Assembly (NCBI RefSeq): GCF_036365525.1
Contig: NC_090376.1
Coordinates: 61,158,559-61,222,558 of the forward strand
Direction of reading: 5' to 3'
DNA length: 64,000 nucleotides
From: Heterodontus francisci
Taxonomy: Eukaryota
Shown: piece by piece, positions 12,501-25,402 of the stretch
Layout of the letters: every line of letters begins with the position of its first letter
Numbering within the stretch: position 1 is the first letter of the stretch
Position numbers and translations under genes: made by a program
Notes under the pieces: model-generated
Told to the model about the DNA's origin: nothing
The model's input: only the letters and a program-made list of their open reading frames with translations
Database searches by the model: none

Positions 12501-13489
12501 CACTGGCTTTTGTGCTTGTGAGGCTACAACTGTCTGGAATTGAATGTACCGTCCAGCTCTCACAGACAGGATATCAGTGAGCTGCGAGATGCAGTGGTGT
12601 GCAACGGTTTGCAAAATGTCACCAAGGTCTGCAGCCGATCCTTGGAAGGAACCAGTGACCATGACGTTCAAGGCTACAGTGACTTTGGCGGCTACTGGCA
12701 GAGCATGTGCTGAAGTGTGAGGTCTTCTGCGACGAGGGCACAAATCTCTGGGACCATCTGTCTGGAGAGTCAGTCTCCTGCAGCACTGGTTTTCCAACAT
12801 GTCCAGGTAACCCTGTCTTCAGCAGTACAGCCTATGCTGAGGATATGGCCTTTGTTGCCTTCCTGCCCATCGTTCTTCCCCTCTGCCCGCCTCATGCCGG
12901 GGGCTCTGCCCTTCCTGCGGAGGATGTTGCTCCTCAATACCACTGGATCTGAAATCTAAGAGTTGTGCTCCCATTGCCAGCTGCTGCCTTCCTTGCACTC
13001 AGATGGCTTCCCAATTGTGTCTGGAAGCCTTGCCCTTCCTCTTATGCCCCTGCAATGCCAGAAGTGCGACAACCCCCTTCACTGTCCGAGTGCTTAGTGA
13101 CCACTCTCCCCACAACATATGCATGCTCAATGGCACTTGTGTGCCAATGCCCGAGTACTCCTTTTAGTCGTTCGCCCTTTTATTCCTGGAGGCGGCCACA
13201 ACTGGCTCACCGCTGTGCAGCCACCTCCATGTATCTGGTCTGCCCATGACCCAGCATGCAACCCATGCACCCCACCAAAATCTCATGTTTGGCCTCAACG
13301 AGCTCTTTAACTACCTTAATTGGACTTATTTGGGAATCAAGCAGGTTCTTGGAGCCAGCCTCCCCTCACCCTGCTGAAACTCGCTGGCAGCAGGAATGGC
13401 GACAGGAAACTGGCATGTCAGCCACACTGCTATTTTCATCGTCCGCCCATTCCCATTCCTGCCCAGAGCAAGACCTAAAAATTCAGCCC
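9569..13489 (-). mobile_element. Harbinger/PIF DNA transposon: Myb/SANT-like gene on + (~9830-11520), HARBI1-like DDE transposase on - (~11850-12960), both decayed
   Basis: FINRKGFHSLNIQLVCD, PGSCHDSFIL and CCALHN motifs; imperfect TIRs; TTG 3-bp TSD. Confidence 0.88.
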
Positions 13490-13626
13490 TTGGTGTTTTT
13501 GGCTTTTAGATGTTAGGCCAGCTCTAACAAGTTTTAGCAAAGTCATAATATATAACGGACAGTCCTGTAATCAGATTTGGAAAGCGTAAAGGAAGTCACA
13601 ACTTTTCTGTACCCAAATTGCCTTAC

Positions 13627-13722
13627 CTTTATTAACTGTTCAAAAGATAAAGCAGAGTTTAACATCATAGGTCTCTGGCTAGGAATCATCTGCTGGTCAA
13701 TAGTATTGTAAAAGTGAGCAAC
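13627..13722 (-). CDS. DYNC2H1: DYNC2H1 exon 13 (VAHFYNTIDQQMIPSQRPMMLNSALSFEQLIK)
   Basis: Manual translation; cag acceptor, gtaagg donor; 96 bp. Confidence 0.95.
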
Positions 13723-13881
13723 CTGTCAATGAAAATGGAAACATATTTAATATTGAGGCTTGAGTTTTCATTCCTTAACTGACTCCATGCCATTTAGTCA
13801 ACAAAAGAGTAGAGAAAGGGAAAAAAGATATGATTGAGGAGGGTGCAGGAGGAAAATCAAACAGACTAAAATAATACTAAC

Positions 13882-14077
13882 CTGTTTGAGAATAACTGCC
13901 TGTCTGTAGAACTTTTGAGCTGTAATTGCCGTTTGTTGGATTTTTGCAGGAATGGCAAACCCCAGAGCAGAAAGCTGGCGCACTTCCCTCAACAAAGCAA
14001 CTAGGCGGTCTGAGTAATGTATTTTTAACTTCCCATCACAATGATCCAATTCTATAACTCGACCGTTAGCCTGCAAA
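13882..14077 (-). CDS. DYNC2H1: DYNC2H1 exon 12 (LQANGRVIELD...QAVILKQ)
   Basis: Overlaps ORF 13798..14076; AG/GT borders; 196 bp. Confidence 0.95.
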
Positions 14078-14469
14078 CTACCGCAAATTACACCAAAATG
14101 TCAATGGTTACACAAATTTATGCAAATCTTTGCGCTATCTAGTAAAGTGGGGCTAACGTACGATTTGTTTAAATTTAAAAGATGAAAACCAGTATCTTTA
14201 AAATCACATATGCCTAACAAGGAGGAAATAACTTTACAACTAAACTTTATTACAACATTCTAGGGATTCCTAGTAATAGTGAACTTGTCATTTATGGAAT
14301 TTATTATTACTTAGCGAAAAAAAAGTGTATTCCAATATTATTTACCAACACAAACAGCAAAAACAAAATTTGATTGTGGAGTTATTTTGTTACTGCTGGC
14401 AAAAATGAATGCATTTGTTTTATTCTCTTCTGTGCTTCCTAATTTTCTCTGTGCATAAGACAATAGTAC

Positions 14470-14645
14470 CTGATGCCAGCATTAGGATCTGATACAGATG
14501 ATTGTATGTCCCTAGACCAGTCATCAAACTGCTCTTGCTCATAGGTTCTCAACTGATCCAGAAGTTGATTGCAATTTTGCCAAAATGACTGAAATCCTGA
14601 CAAGTCACTCAGCAACGCCTCAGCAATCTTTAGAGTATCTTCAGC
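14470..14645 (-). CDS. DYNC2H1: DYNC2H1 exon 11 (AEDTLKIAEALLSDL...EQEQFDDWSRDIQ...)
   Basis: Manual translation; AG/GT borders; 176 bp. Confidence 0.94.
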
Positions 14646-16107
14646 CTAAAATAAAGGCAAATATTAATGTAGTCAATACAGTTTGTTCTTCCTCTTCCCC
14701 TATTTAAATTTTTTCTTCTTCCTTTTATGTCTCTTGCACCAGACACCACACCACGCCAGAAGAACAAGTATATGACTTGATCTGAGGCCTTTTTCAGTGC
14801 CATTATTAAGAAGATGATATCAAGGTGGTATCTGAAAGCAGTTCTCAATGACTCACATGAAGCTTTCCTCTCTCAAGTGACAATTAGGAATTCAATTACA
14901 ACAGCCTGAAGCAACTTTTAACTCTCTATGGCATAGTGCCCTGGAGCACCAATGTATTCTGCCATCATGTTACCTCTACCACATATACAGTTTCAAACAA
15001 GGTTAATTTCATCAATGTAATTTCTTGATGCCCACCAAAATTTTTGGAACTTATTTTCCTCTTTTTGCCTGAAAGTGGAGATTCATGTCAAGACACAATT
15101 CCACAAAATAAAAAGAGGATGAAGGAACTTCTGAAATTCAAGCATTATGTGACCTAGCATTTCACAATTACTTTCCTTCATATATTCCTAATTTATTATT
15201 GATTCCAAAAATAAGGTTTGGTTTCCATTCCTCACCATGCAAGCAAGAAATAGATGGTACAGTTTATAGCCTAGAACAGCTGAAAAATATTTGTGGCCAG
15301 TTTAATAATCCTAATTTGTAATAATACTCTAATTTACAAAACTGTGGTAAAGTCCAAGGTAAACTACAAAACTTGTCTATTTGACAATGGTAACAAATAT
15401 AAAACAAGCTTTGGAGAACATCTCATGGAATTCAAAGCATCCTACCAGTCTAAATTTATATTATTGTGTTTGTCCTTATTGAAAGTATCCTCTAACTGTT
15501 TGGCTAGAAAAGTGAAAGGGGAGTGACAGAGGAAAAGGAAGCCAGTACTCAGGTGGTGAGATTTCAATGTTTGAGGCAAGCACAAAGGGATCAAATTACC
15601 TGTGATGAAGCCGTTAACTGGCCAGTGTGTGCAGGATTTAGGTCAGCAAGGTTGCCTTGTATTTAAATAATATGTTGTTTTTTTTTAATTAGCCACTAAT
15701 AGATCAGGAGAAAAAAAAAAGACAGCAACAATATACCAAAAACCTCCATTGCCAAAACCATGAGGAACTTTAAATCAACAGATTAGCGAGCAGTGGCAAT
15801 TTTTTTTAAAACCAGCTAACATCGACTTGTCCTTAGTAGCTATCTAAATGTGCATGTTTCTGCCAAAACAAAACATGTACAGCTTATTAATGTTGTAGAT
15901 TTAGACGATGCACAAAAATAAACATTTCATGTCAGCTTATTTTGGTGTAAAAATGCTGCTGCCTTCTTCAAAAGGGTAGAATTGACAAGGCGCATTATCA
16001 TAAACATTAAAAATAAATGGTTAGTTTCTTTCCCCTTCATATTTCATAAATTATTTTTAAGTCTAAAATTTTTAGAAGAGGAAGCCATTTATTTCTTAAA
16101 CACTAAC

Positions 16108-16232
16108 CTTTAGTTCCAGCTGTCTAACCCAAACAATATTATTGACCACCTCGGGAAGATTCTTGCCTGAAAGTGGGCCTGACGGTTCTCCAGGAATACC
16201 ACGCCGCCGACTCTCAAAATCAGTGTGAATGC
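16108..16232 (-). CDS. DYNC2H1: DYNC2H1 exon 10 (...GPLSGKNLPEVVNNIVWVRQLELK)
   Basis: Manual translation; AG/GT borders; 125 bp. Confidence 0.94.
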
Positions 16233-16378
16233 CTAATTCGTTCAAATAGCATCATCAATAAAGGCAGCAATTCTCTGAAGAGTAGCACTTTCTACTCAAT
16301 TACTACTTCGACTAAAATTTATGTTACCAATAGTTCTTAAATGTGTTGTATTTTCAGAAATGCTTGTGCTAATGTTAC

Positions 16379-16490
16379 CTTTAATGTATTCTGCAAGTTT
16401 TGCTAACAACATTTCACGTTCTGAAAGTAGCTCCTTACTGACGCTGGGCCGTTTGACTAGTTCCTTGTACTTTTGAAATGCCTGCAGAAG
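16379..16490 (-). CDS. DYNC2H1: DYNC2H1 exon 9 (LLQAFQKYKELVKRPSVSKELL...)
   Basis: Manual translation; AG/GT borders; 112 bp. Confidence 0.93.
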
Positions 16491-16889
16491 CTTGACAAAA
16501 AATATGACTTGTAAAAATGTTACATGAAAGAACAGTCTGGTGATGGCAAAGGTAGCAACACTTAGATGGTTATATTTTCATACCACATGCATTTTCTTTT
16601 CTAATTCCTATAATAATACTGTGTAAAATGTACATACCAATGGTATGTATATAGTTACATTTATATGGTCATGCAGAAAACAATTTAGCAAGGGTTGATA
16701 GAGTTGTGAAATAAAATCAAATGGACTAGAACTGAAGGAAACATAGGCAGTAGCTTAAGACAACAAAAAAACATGGGATAAAGACCAGTGTTTAAGAAGA
16801 AAAACAAAATTAAAATGCATATTATAATACATAAAATATGGAAATAAACTGGGGGAAGTAGAAGCAATTATTTTACAGTAAAATTAACA

Positions 16890-19700
16890 GCAGTAACAGA
16901 AACCTTGCAGCAAATGGACCAGAATGGAAAATAAATACATTGGGATAAAATATATTCAGGAGGATAGAAAAGATAAGAAAGGAGGCAAAGTGGATTAGTA
17001 AAAGAGGGAATGCATGCTTAACAGAGGGTTGATGTGGACAAGGGGTGCAGACAGAGTCTATACAGTTGGAGCACAGATTTATTTTTAAAAGACTTGTTGC
17101 TTTAGTAGGAATGTATTGCAGACAGCAAAATCATGGAAAGAAATGGAAGAGGAAACCTACAGCCAGATTAGAAAGATGAGTACGAAAAACAAAATTATTC
17201 CCAGGGACATGTTAATTATCTACTTAGCAATTGAGACAGAGAGAGTAAATGGAGAAAAGGGAATGGAATTCCTAAGATGTGTACAATATGCTAGCGGACC
17301 CACAAGGGCAATGGTGTTGCTAGATCTGGTAATGAAATTGATAGCTCAGCTAAATGAGGCCGAGCATCTTGGGAGTAGTAAGCACAATAATAAGGTTTAA
17401 GGTCCAACTGGAAAGGGACAAAAAGAGGTTAGATACCAATTAAAATTGAAGAAAAGGGTCTATAAAGGACTACAAAAAAATGAACAATCTATAGAATGAT
17501 AAAATAAGAAAACAAGTTAACAATTAGATTTAAAAAAAACTGAGGGAGAAAAAGGAAACAATCGCCAAAGACATCAAAGGAAATGCTAATGTATTTTACA
17601 AGCATATCAATAAAAGAGAATTGTTAAAAACAAGGTGACACCTCCCTGAGAAAAGGGGATTATCAATCTGTAGATGACAATCAGAAAATGGCAGAGATAT
17701 TTAGAATCAAGGAAGGTTTATGGCACAGAATGGTGTCTGCGCTGGTTGAAAAAAATCCCACTTTCCAGTATTTGGTCTGTAGCCCTGCAGGTTACGGCAC
17801 TTCAGGTGCATATTTAGGCACCTTTTAAATGAGATGAAGGTTTCTGCCTCTATCACCCTTTCAGGCAGTGAGTTCCAGACCCTCACCACCCTCTATGCCC
17901 CTTAGTCACTGACCTCTCTAAGGTAAATAGATCCACTCTATCCAGGCCCCACACAATTTTGTACATTTCAATCAATTCTTCCCTCAGCCTCCTCTGTTCC
18001 AAGGATAACACCCCCAGCCTATCCAATCTTTCCTCATAGCTGCAATATTCCAGTCCTGGCAACATCTTCATACATCTCCTCTGTACCCTCTCTGGTGCAA
18101 TTGCAACCTTTCTGCAACGAGGTGCACACGAGGCAAGAACTGTACACAGTACTCAAGTTGTGGCCTAATTAATGTTCCAACATAACTTCCCGACTCTCAC
18201 ATTCTATGCCTCAGCTAATAAAGAAGATTCCATGTGCCTTCTTTATTGACCTGTCCTGCTATCTTCAGGGATCTGCGGGCATACACTCCAAGATCCCTCA
18301 GTTCCTCTACACCTCTCAGTATCCTCCCATTTATTGTGTATTCCTTTGGTTTGTTTGACCTCCCCAAATGCATCACTTCACACTTCTCTGGGTTAAATTC
18401 CATTTGCCACTTTTCTGCCCACCTGACCAGTCCATTGCTATCTTCCTTCAGTCTACAGCTATCCTCCTTGCTATCAACCATGCAGCCAATTTCTGTGTCG
18501 TCTGCAAACCTATTGATCATTCCCCCTAAGTTTACGTCCAAATCATTAATATATATATATATATATACATACCATAAAAAGCAGGGGACCTAGTACTGAG
18601 CCCTGTGGAACCCAACTGGAAACAGCCTTCCAGTCGCAAAAACACCAGTCAACAATTACCCTTTGTTTCCTGCCAGTGAGCCAACTTTGTATCCATCTTG
18701 CTACATTCCCCTGGATCCCATGGGCTTTTTTTTTTTAAACCAGTCTGCCATGTGTGACCTTGTCAAAAGCCTTGCTAAAATCCATGTAGACCCACATTAA
18801 CTTCACTACCCTCATCTATCCTCCTTGTTACTTCCTCAAAAAATTCAATCAAGTTAATCAGAGACGACCTTCCCTGAGCAAATCCATGCTGAATATCCTT
18901 GATCAATCCGTGCCTAAGTGACAATTTATCCTGTCTCTCAGAATTGATGCCCAAAATTTGCCCACTACCAAGGTTAGACTGACTAGCCTGTAATTATTCA
19001 GTCTATTCCTCGCTCCCTTTTTAAACAAAGGGAGAACGTTAGCAGACCTCCAATCCTCCGGCACTACACTTGTATCCAGTGAGGAGTGGAAAATGGATAT
19101 TTAATAAGCACTTTCCATTGGACTTTACTAAAGAAGAATATCAGATAGGAGGTAAATCTGAAGTGACTGAGAGCTATAACAAGACTTCAATTAGAGTACT
19201 ATTGGGCTTCAAACTATAGGAAGAATATTGAGGGTTTAAAGAGGGTACAATTAGATTTAGTAGAATGCTGCATGGTAAGGGGAATACAAATACAAAGAAG
19301 GACCTGAAAAATTGGGGATACTTTTAATAGAATAATGCAAACTATAGAGGAAGATGATAGAAATGTTTAAAACTATGATAAGATCGGAAAGGTAAATAGA
19401 AACAGATTGTTTCCATTGATTGAGCGGTCTAGAATGAGGGACCATTGATGATGATTGAATGTCACAGATGTAGAGCAAAGAGCAAGAGAAACTTCTTTAT
19501 GCAGATAGTTGTGGGTATGAGGGCTAGTGGTTAATGCAGAAGATATGTCAACATTCAAGGTTATACGAGATAGGTAAATAAGGTAAAAGGGGATGAAGGG
19601 ATACAAGATCAGGGAAGGGAATGTGGACCATTTGCTCTTGTGCAGGATAAACACTGACCAATGAGGCCGAATGGCCTGTTTCCATGCTACAACTTCCATG
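16890..19700. mobile_element. Nested CR1 fragments: old + copy interrupted by a - copy at ~17710-19095
   Basis: RFADDTEIG and WQMEFNPEKC on -; decayed endonuclease remnants and 3' tail on +. Confidence 0.8.
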
Positions 19701-19793
19701 TACATCATATTTAAAAATACTGGTTTTAATGTTTCTGATTAACAGTAATTTGGTTAGGAAGTTTATATTAGAACATGCAACTATCTATTTTAC

Positions 19794-19907
19794 CTGTTGG
19801 GGATTATCTTGTACCTCCACAATAGAAACTTTCAGTTTGCTTGCGACCTTCTGCTCTGAAGGAGCTATTGAACGTTCATATTGGGCTACTGCAGCTTTCC
19901 ACAGTGG
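19794..19907 (-). CDS. DYNC2H1: DYNC2H1 exon 8 (PLWKAAVAQYERSIAPSEQK...DNPQQ)
   Basis: Manual translation; AG/GT borders; 114 bp. Confidence 0.94.
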
Positions 19908-19991
19908 CTAAAAAATGCAATAATTTCAAGTTGTACAGATTACATACATAAAATTGAGCTTATTCAAAATAAGAGATAAAATATAACAAAC

Positions 19992-20126
19992 CTCAGTGTA
20001 AGGATTATATTGAACTGGGTTCAGCCCAGCAAAGGGTTCAAAAACCTGGGCATTGTGAAGTAATTGCTGTTCTCCAGCCGGTAAGAGCCGCATAAGCTTT
20101 TCATGGACAGTTCTACTAGTTTGAAT
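19992..20126 (-). CDS. DYNC2H1: DYNC2H1 exon 7 (IQTSRTVHEK...NPVQYNPYTE)
   Basis: Within ORF 19926..20132; AG/GT borders; 135 bp. Confidence 0.95.
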
Positions 20127-20959
20127 CTGCAAAACAATTAATGAAAATTGTTTACTGTGAAATTAATTTTCATCAGAATTTTTGATCTGATTTTTGTAAG
20201 CTCGAACAGAGGACGAGCTTGAATCCAACCCAGAGTAAATAAAAATACATGTACTGGCCCAATTAGTCCATGTTGGCATTTACCTCCTACATTAAAAAAA
20301 AATTCTAATCACATTTATATACCTTGTTTCCATATCCTTTAACCTCTTTTCTTTCATCCACCTAACCAATATTGAACATTGGAAGAGTTTTTTTCCTCAA
20401 CCACTAACCCTTGAAATAAATACAACAATCTCAGAAAAAGGGAAATATTAGTTACTGAACTGAAAACTAGGACCTATATTACAATGCAGAAGAACAGGAC
20501 TTCGGCCAAAAGTGCGATAAAGGGATATGGGAACAGGGCAGGTAAATGTAATTAGGCATATTAGCTTACAGGGAGTGTGAACATTAGCAAGGATTGGTTG
20601 AGCTGAATGCCCAGTTTCCATCCTGCAATGTTTAGATATTTTTCTATTAATTGATTGAAAACTTCAGATGAATCTATACAAGAACAGTACTGTAAAAACA
20701 TGAATCACGCCATTCGGTATTGAAAAGTTCAATTAAACTACATTATTACTATTTACTATTACTATTACTATTATATACTATAAACATTTTATCACAATTC
20801 CTATCATAAATGCACGCCATGGTGTGTGAGTTAATATTGATCTTTTGCACCTTAGCCACCAGACAGAACTATTGGATACCTCTTTTACAATGATGCAATA
20901 TAAACACTAACCCTCCGTTTCGCAAGCTAGTTTACTCGGTTCTTGATACATTCACATGG

Positions 20960-23645
20960 ACTATAAAGAACAAATTGAATGAATTGGAGGTGCAAATTCA
21001 ACTTGGAGGGAATGACATGGTAGCCATCACTTAGACGTAGCTGCAAGATAGTAAAGACGGGGAACTAAATAAACCAGATTATAAAGACGACAGAAAATAC
21101 TGTGAAAATGGTAGGAGTAGTCTTGGTGATTAAGGATGAAATCACTTCCGTGGAAAGAGATTAATGAATAACGCAAAGTAAGCAGGTAGTAGAGATTTTA
21201 TGGGTAGAATTTTTTTTAAAGGATTTAAGACTGTAGTGGGAGCTGTGTATAGGACCCTTAGAAATAGCTGTGAAGTGGAAGATTATATAAATGCAGAGAT
21301 GAGACAAGGACGTAGCAATGGGAGACTGGTTTTAATCAGGGATTTTAACTTTCATATAGATTGGGAGAAGCAGAATAGCAGGTAGTGAATTTCTTGAATG
21401 GGTTTTTCTGCAACAATATGTCCTGGAACCAACAAGGAGGCACGTCATATTATAGTAATGAGTAATGAGCCTGATTTATTTCATAGCCTAATGGTGCATG
21501 AACATTTATCGAATAGTGATCATAACATAATCAAATTCAATGTAATATTTGAAAGGGAGAAATGTGAAACAGCTAAGATTCTAGAATTAGGTAAGGCTGA
21601 CTTCAATGCAATGAAACAGAGACTGTCCACAGTAAACTGGGTAAATCTGTTAATGGGTAAAAAAGACAGATCAGTGGGAGGTGGTTAAAAAAACTTAATG
21701 AGGCACAGACCCAGTTTATACCCAAAGGGGCAAGAGCTCTACCTACCCAAAAAGACAGTCATGGATGACTAATGAGGTAAGAGACAACATAAAACAAAAA
21801 AAGACATACAAAAATGCAAAAATAAAAATTCAGATCCTGGTGAATGGGAGAGATACAAAGAACAGCAAATGTTAACAAAGCAGATGATAAAAGTTACAAA
21901 AGACGGAGTAAGAAACTTGCAAAGGATATCAAAATCAACACAAAAATGTTTCAAATTATATTAGGAAAAAGATGGTGGTCAGGAACAATATGGGACCCTT
22001 GAAAACTGAGAACGATGATATAGTTAGTGAAAATAAGGAAATGGGAGGACTTGTTGAATAAATACTTTGTGGCAGAACTAACAGTAGAGGAAGGGACTAG
22101 CATGCTAGTCATCCCAAGGAAACTAATATTGAATCAGAGATGTGGGCTCATCAAAATTAACATAAACAAACTAACAGTAATGAAGAAAATAATGGCACTA
22201 AAAAGTGACAAATCCCCAGAGCCAGATAGTTTTCATCCCAGGGTTTTAAAAGAAATAGGTTAGAACATTGCACATGTCCTAATTATAATCTTCCAAAGTC
22301 CACTCAATTTAGAAACTGTTCCTTTAGATTGGAAAACTGCACTTCACTATTTAAGAAAGGTGACAGACGGAAACCAGAAAATTATAAACCAGCTAGTCTA
22401 ACATTTATTAGGGAATTACTAGAGTCTATAATGAAGGATAGGGTGACTGAACACCTTGAAAACTTTCAGCTGATCAGAGAGCCAGCATGGATTTGTAAAG
22501 GGTAGGTCATGCTTGATGAGACTGATTGAATTTTCTTGAAGAGGTGACTAAAGTAGTGGACAGGGGAATGTCTATGGATGTTATTTATATGGACTTCCAG
22601 AAGGCATTTGATAAAGTCCCTCATCAGAGACAGTTAAAGTTGAAGTTCATGGAATTGAAAGCAAATTATTGAACTGGTTAGTAAATTGGTTGACTAGCAA
22701 GAGACAGAGAGTAGGAATAACAGGCAGGTACTCTAATTGACAGGATGTGACTAGTGGTGTCCCACAAGAATCTGTGTTGAGGCCTCAACTATTTGCTATA
22801 TTTATTAACGACTTAGATCATAGGCTAGAAAGCCACATATCCAAGTTTGCTGATGACACAAAGATAGATGGCATTGTTAGCAGTGTAGAGGGAAGCATGA
22901 AATTACAAAGAGATATTGATGGATTAAGTGAATGAGCAAAACTGTGGCAAATGGATTTCAATGTAGGCAAATATGAGGTCATCCACTTTGGGCCTAAAAT
23001 GGGTAGAAGAGTACCTTGTAAATGGTAAAAGGCTACAAACAGTGGAGGTCCAAAGAGTCTTGGGGGTCCAAGTACATACATCATTAATAAGTCATGAGCA
23101 GGTACAGAAAATAATCAAAAAGGCTAATGGAATACCGGTCTCTATATCTACAAGATTAGAATATAAGGGAGATGAAATTATGCTACAGCTATACAAAGCC
23201 CTAGACAGACCACCCTGGAGTATCATGCGGAGTTCTGGGCACCACAACTTAGGAAAGATTAATTTGGCCTGGGAGGGAGTGCAGAGTAGATTTACCAGAA
23301 TACCAGCTGAACTCCAAGGGTCAAATTAAGAGATATTTACACAAACTAGAAGATTAATGGGGTAATTTGATTGAAGCTTTTTAAGACAATAAGGTTAACA
23401 GATAGAGTAGACAGAGAGAAACTATTTCCACTCAATGGGAAGTCTAGGATTTAGGGGGCATAGCCAAATTTCAGGTGTAAAATTAGAAACACTTCTACAA
23501 GCAAAGGATGGTCAAAATTTGGAACTCTTTCCACAAATGGGAATTGATACTACATCAATTGTTAATTTGATACCTGAGACTGATACATTTCTGTTAACCA
23601 AAGGCATGGGGATATGGGGCAAAGGTGGGTATGCAGAGTTAGATC
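20960..23645 (+). mobile_element. CR1 LINE ORF2, decayed
   Basis: Endonuclease DFN and SDHN motifs; RT motifs SGVPQ and KFADDTK. Confidence 0.9.
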
Positions 23646-23885
23646 TGAAAGTATACGTTCCAAAATGTTACTGCCAATACTGAACTTTAAACAATAGAGA
23701 GCAGCTCAAAAATACAAGACTCATGGCAGCCTGAAAAGAATGGTTGATCATTTATTTGAATGTTGCATTGTGATTGCTAGTTTAAACATTGTGTATGTAG
23801 TGGTTTCCTTTCACATTTTATAAGATTAAAAGTAAAATCATATCATTTTCAAAAACAATAAAGGTGAATGATTTATTTACCATAC

Positions 23886-24118
23886 CTCTTCAAGGCGTTT
23901 GGCAAGTTTAGCCAATGACTCCGGATAATATTTCTCACTTTTCCACTGGTGAGGAGTATATCGTCGCCACAGCTGTCCTGTCAGATGATCACATGCTGCC
24001 ACCCACTGTTCACAGATGGTGATGCCAGATCGGAGACTTTCTTTCACAATGTGGAAAGCATCTCCCCATAAATTTAACTGCATAAGAGTTTTCTGTACAA
24101 ATCTACCCAAGGCATTTC
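23886..24118 (-). CDS. DYNC2H1: DYNC2H1 exon 6 (NALGRFVQK...LAKRLEE)
   Basis: Within ORF 23877..24188; AG/GT borders; 233 bp. Confidence 0.95.
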
Positions 24119-25089
24119 CTAGAGAAAGGAAAACACAAAATAGTATAGTTTTGTATTTATAAATGTTATTCTTCTTAAACAGTAACAAATTTCATAACCC
24201 TCTGCAACATTCTAATATCCAAGTACTTACCATCAAACTATTTTACACAGCATTTACTTAGCAGGGCCACTTGGTAAGATGTTGTCACATATCCTCAGGC
24301 TACCACACTTACACAGCACATGGGAGCATCAATCACTGTTACATTACAGAGTTAATTTTTTAGCACTTTAACTCTGGCCTTTGAAATCAAATCTATCAAC
24401 AACTGAGTTTCAATGCACAATTCAATGAAGCAACATGATATAGGTTTATAGCTATAAATAACCACTCATTAAGTGTTACCACCTCCGCCATTTAATTATT
24501 GGACGTGTGGAAAGGAAACTCGGAACTTCTCCAAAGGAAGAGGAAAACAATGATGATATTATAAAGTGTTGCATCCTTTGCACTTGTTAACCAGGCAAAC
24601 CATCAGAGCATTAGAATGGGAATCGGAAATGCATATTCACCTAACAGTAATGCACAGCAACTTAGCTCTGCTTAGTCACTCACAGCAGAGGCTGGGAATT
24701 TGTTATTTTGACATATGATATCAGTAACTGTCAGAATAAAATGGTAATGTGGGAACGTTCATCATTTAAAACTTTTTTCAGGACAAATACAGGCCATTTT
24801 TTAAATCTCTCTCCTACCTGAACCCCATTCTTACTAAATTAGGAATCTATTCAACTTCACAGCAAATATCTACAACAGATATGCACAATTACATTGTTGT
24901 GGCGTCAAAATCCTGTGAAGGTCTAAAGTCCAGAACCATTCCACATCAAAAAGGTCTTTCATCAACATGTACTAATGTGGCCCTTAAACAGAGCACAATC
25001 TTCAGTACGACAATGGAAGTGCATATTAGGAACAATTTGAGAGATTTCCTAGATAACAAAATGAATATAAAATGCAAAATGAATTTTGG

Positions 25090-25402
25090 CACTTGGTAGC
25101 ACTCTCCTCTGAGGAACAAGGTTCGGGGCTCAAGTCCCACTCCAGAGCTTGAGCACAAAAATCCAGGCTGACACTCCACTCCAGTACTGATGGAATGCTG
25201 CACTGTTGGAGGTGCCATCTTTCGAATGAGGCATTATACCAACTCCCCATCTTGGACCGATGGAAAAGATCCCATGGGACTATTTCAAAGAAGAACAGGA
25301 GAGTTATCTCTCGTGTCCTGGCCAATATTTATCCCTCAATCAGCATCACAAAAAGAAAAGACTGCCTGGTTATTATCACATTGCTGTTTGTGGGAGCTTG
25401 CT
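25090..25402 (+). mobile_element. Deu-domain (SacSINE1/AmnSINE1-like) tRNA SINE, 5' part, split by a Harbinger
   Basis: Collinear with 55107-55575; continues at 29390. Confidence 0.85.

Noticed and set aside
12183-12800. Host HARBI1 gene
   Set aside because: Frameshifted, flanked by TIRs and a TSD, and paired with a Myb-like ORF, so it is a transposon copy; the same applies to 27923-28534.
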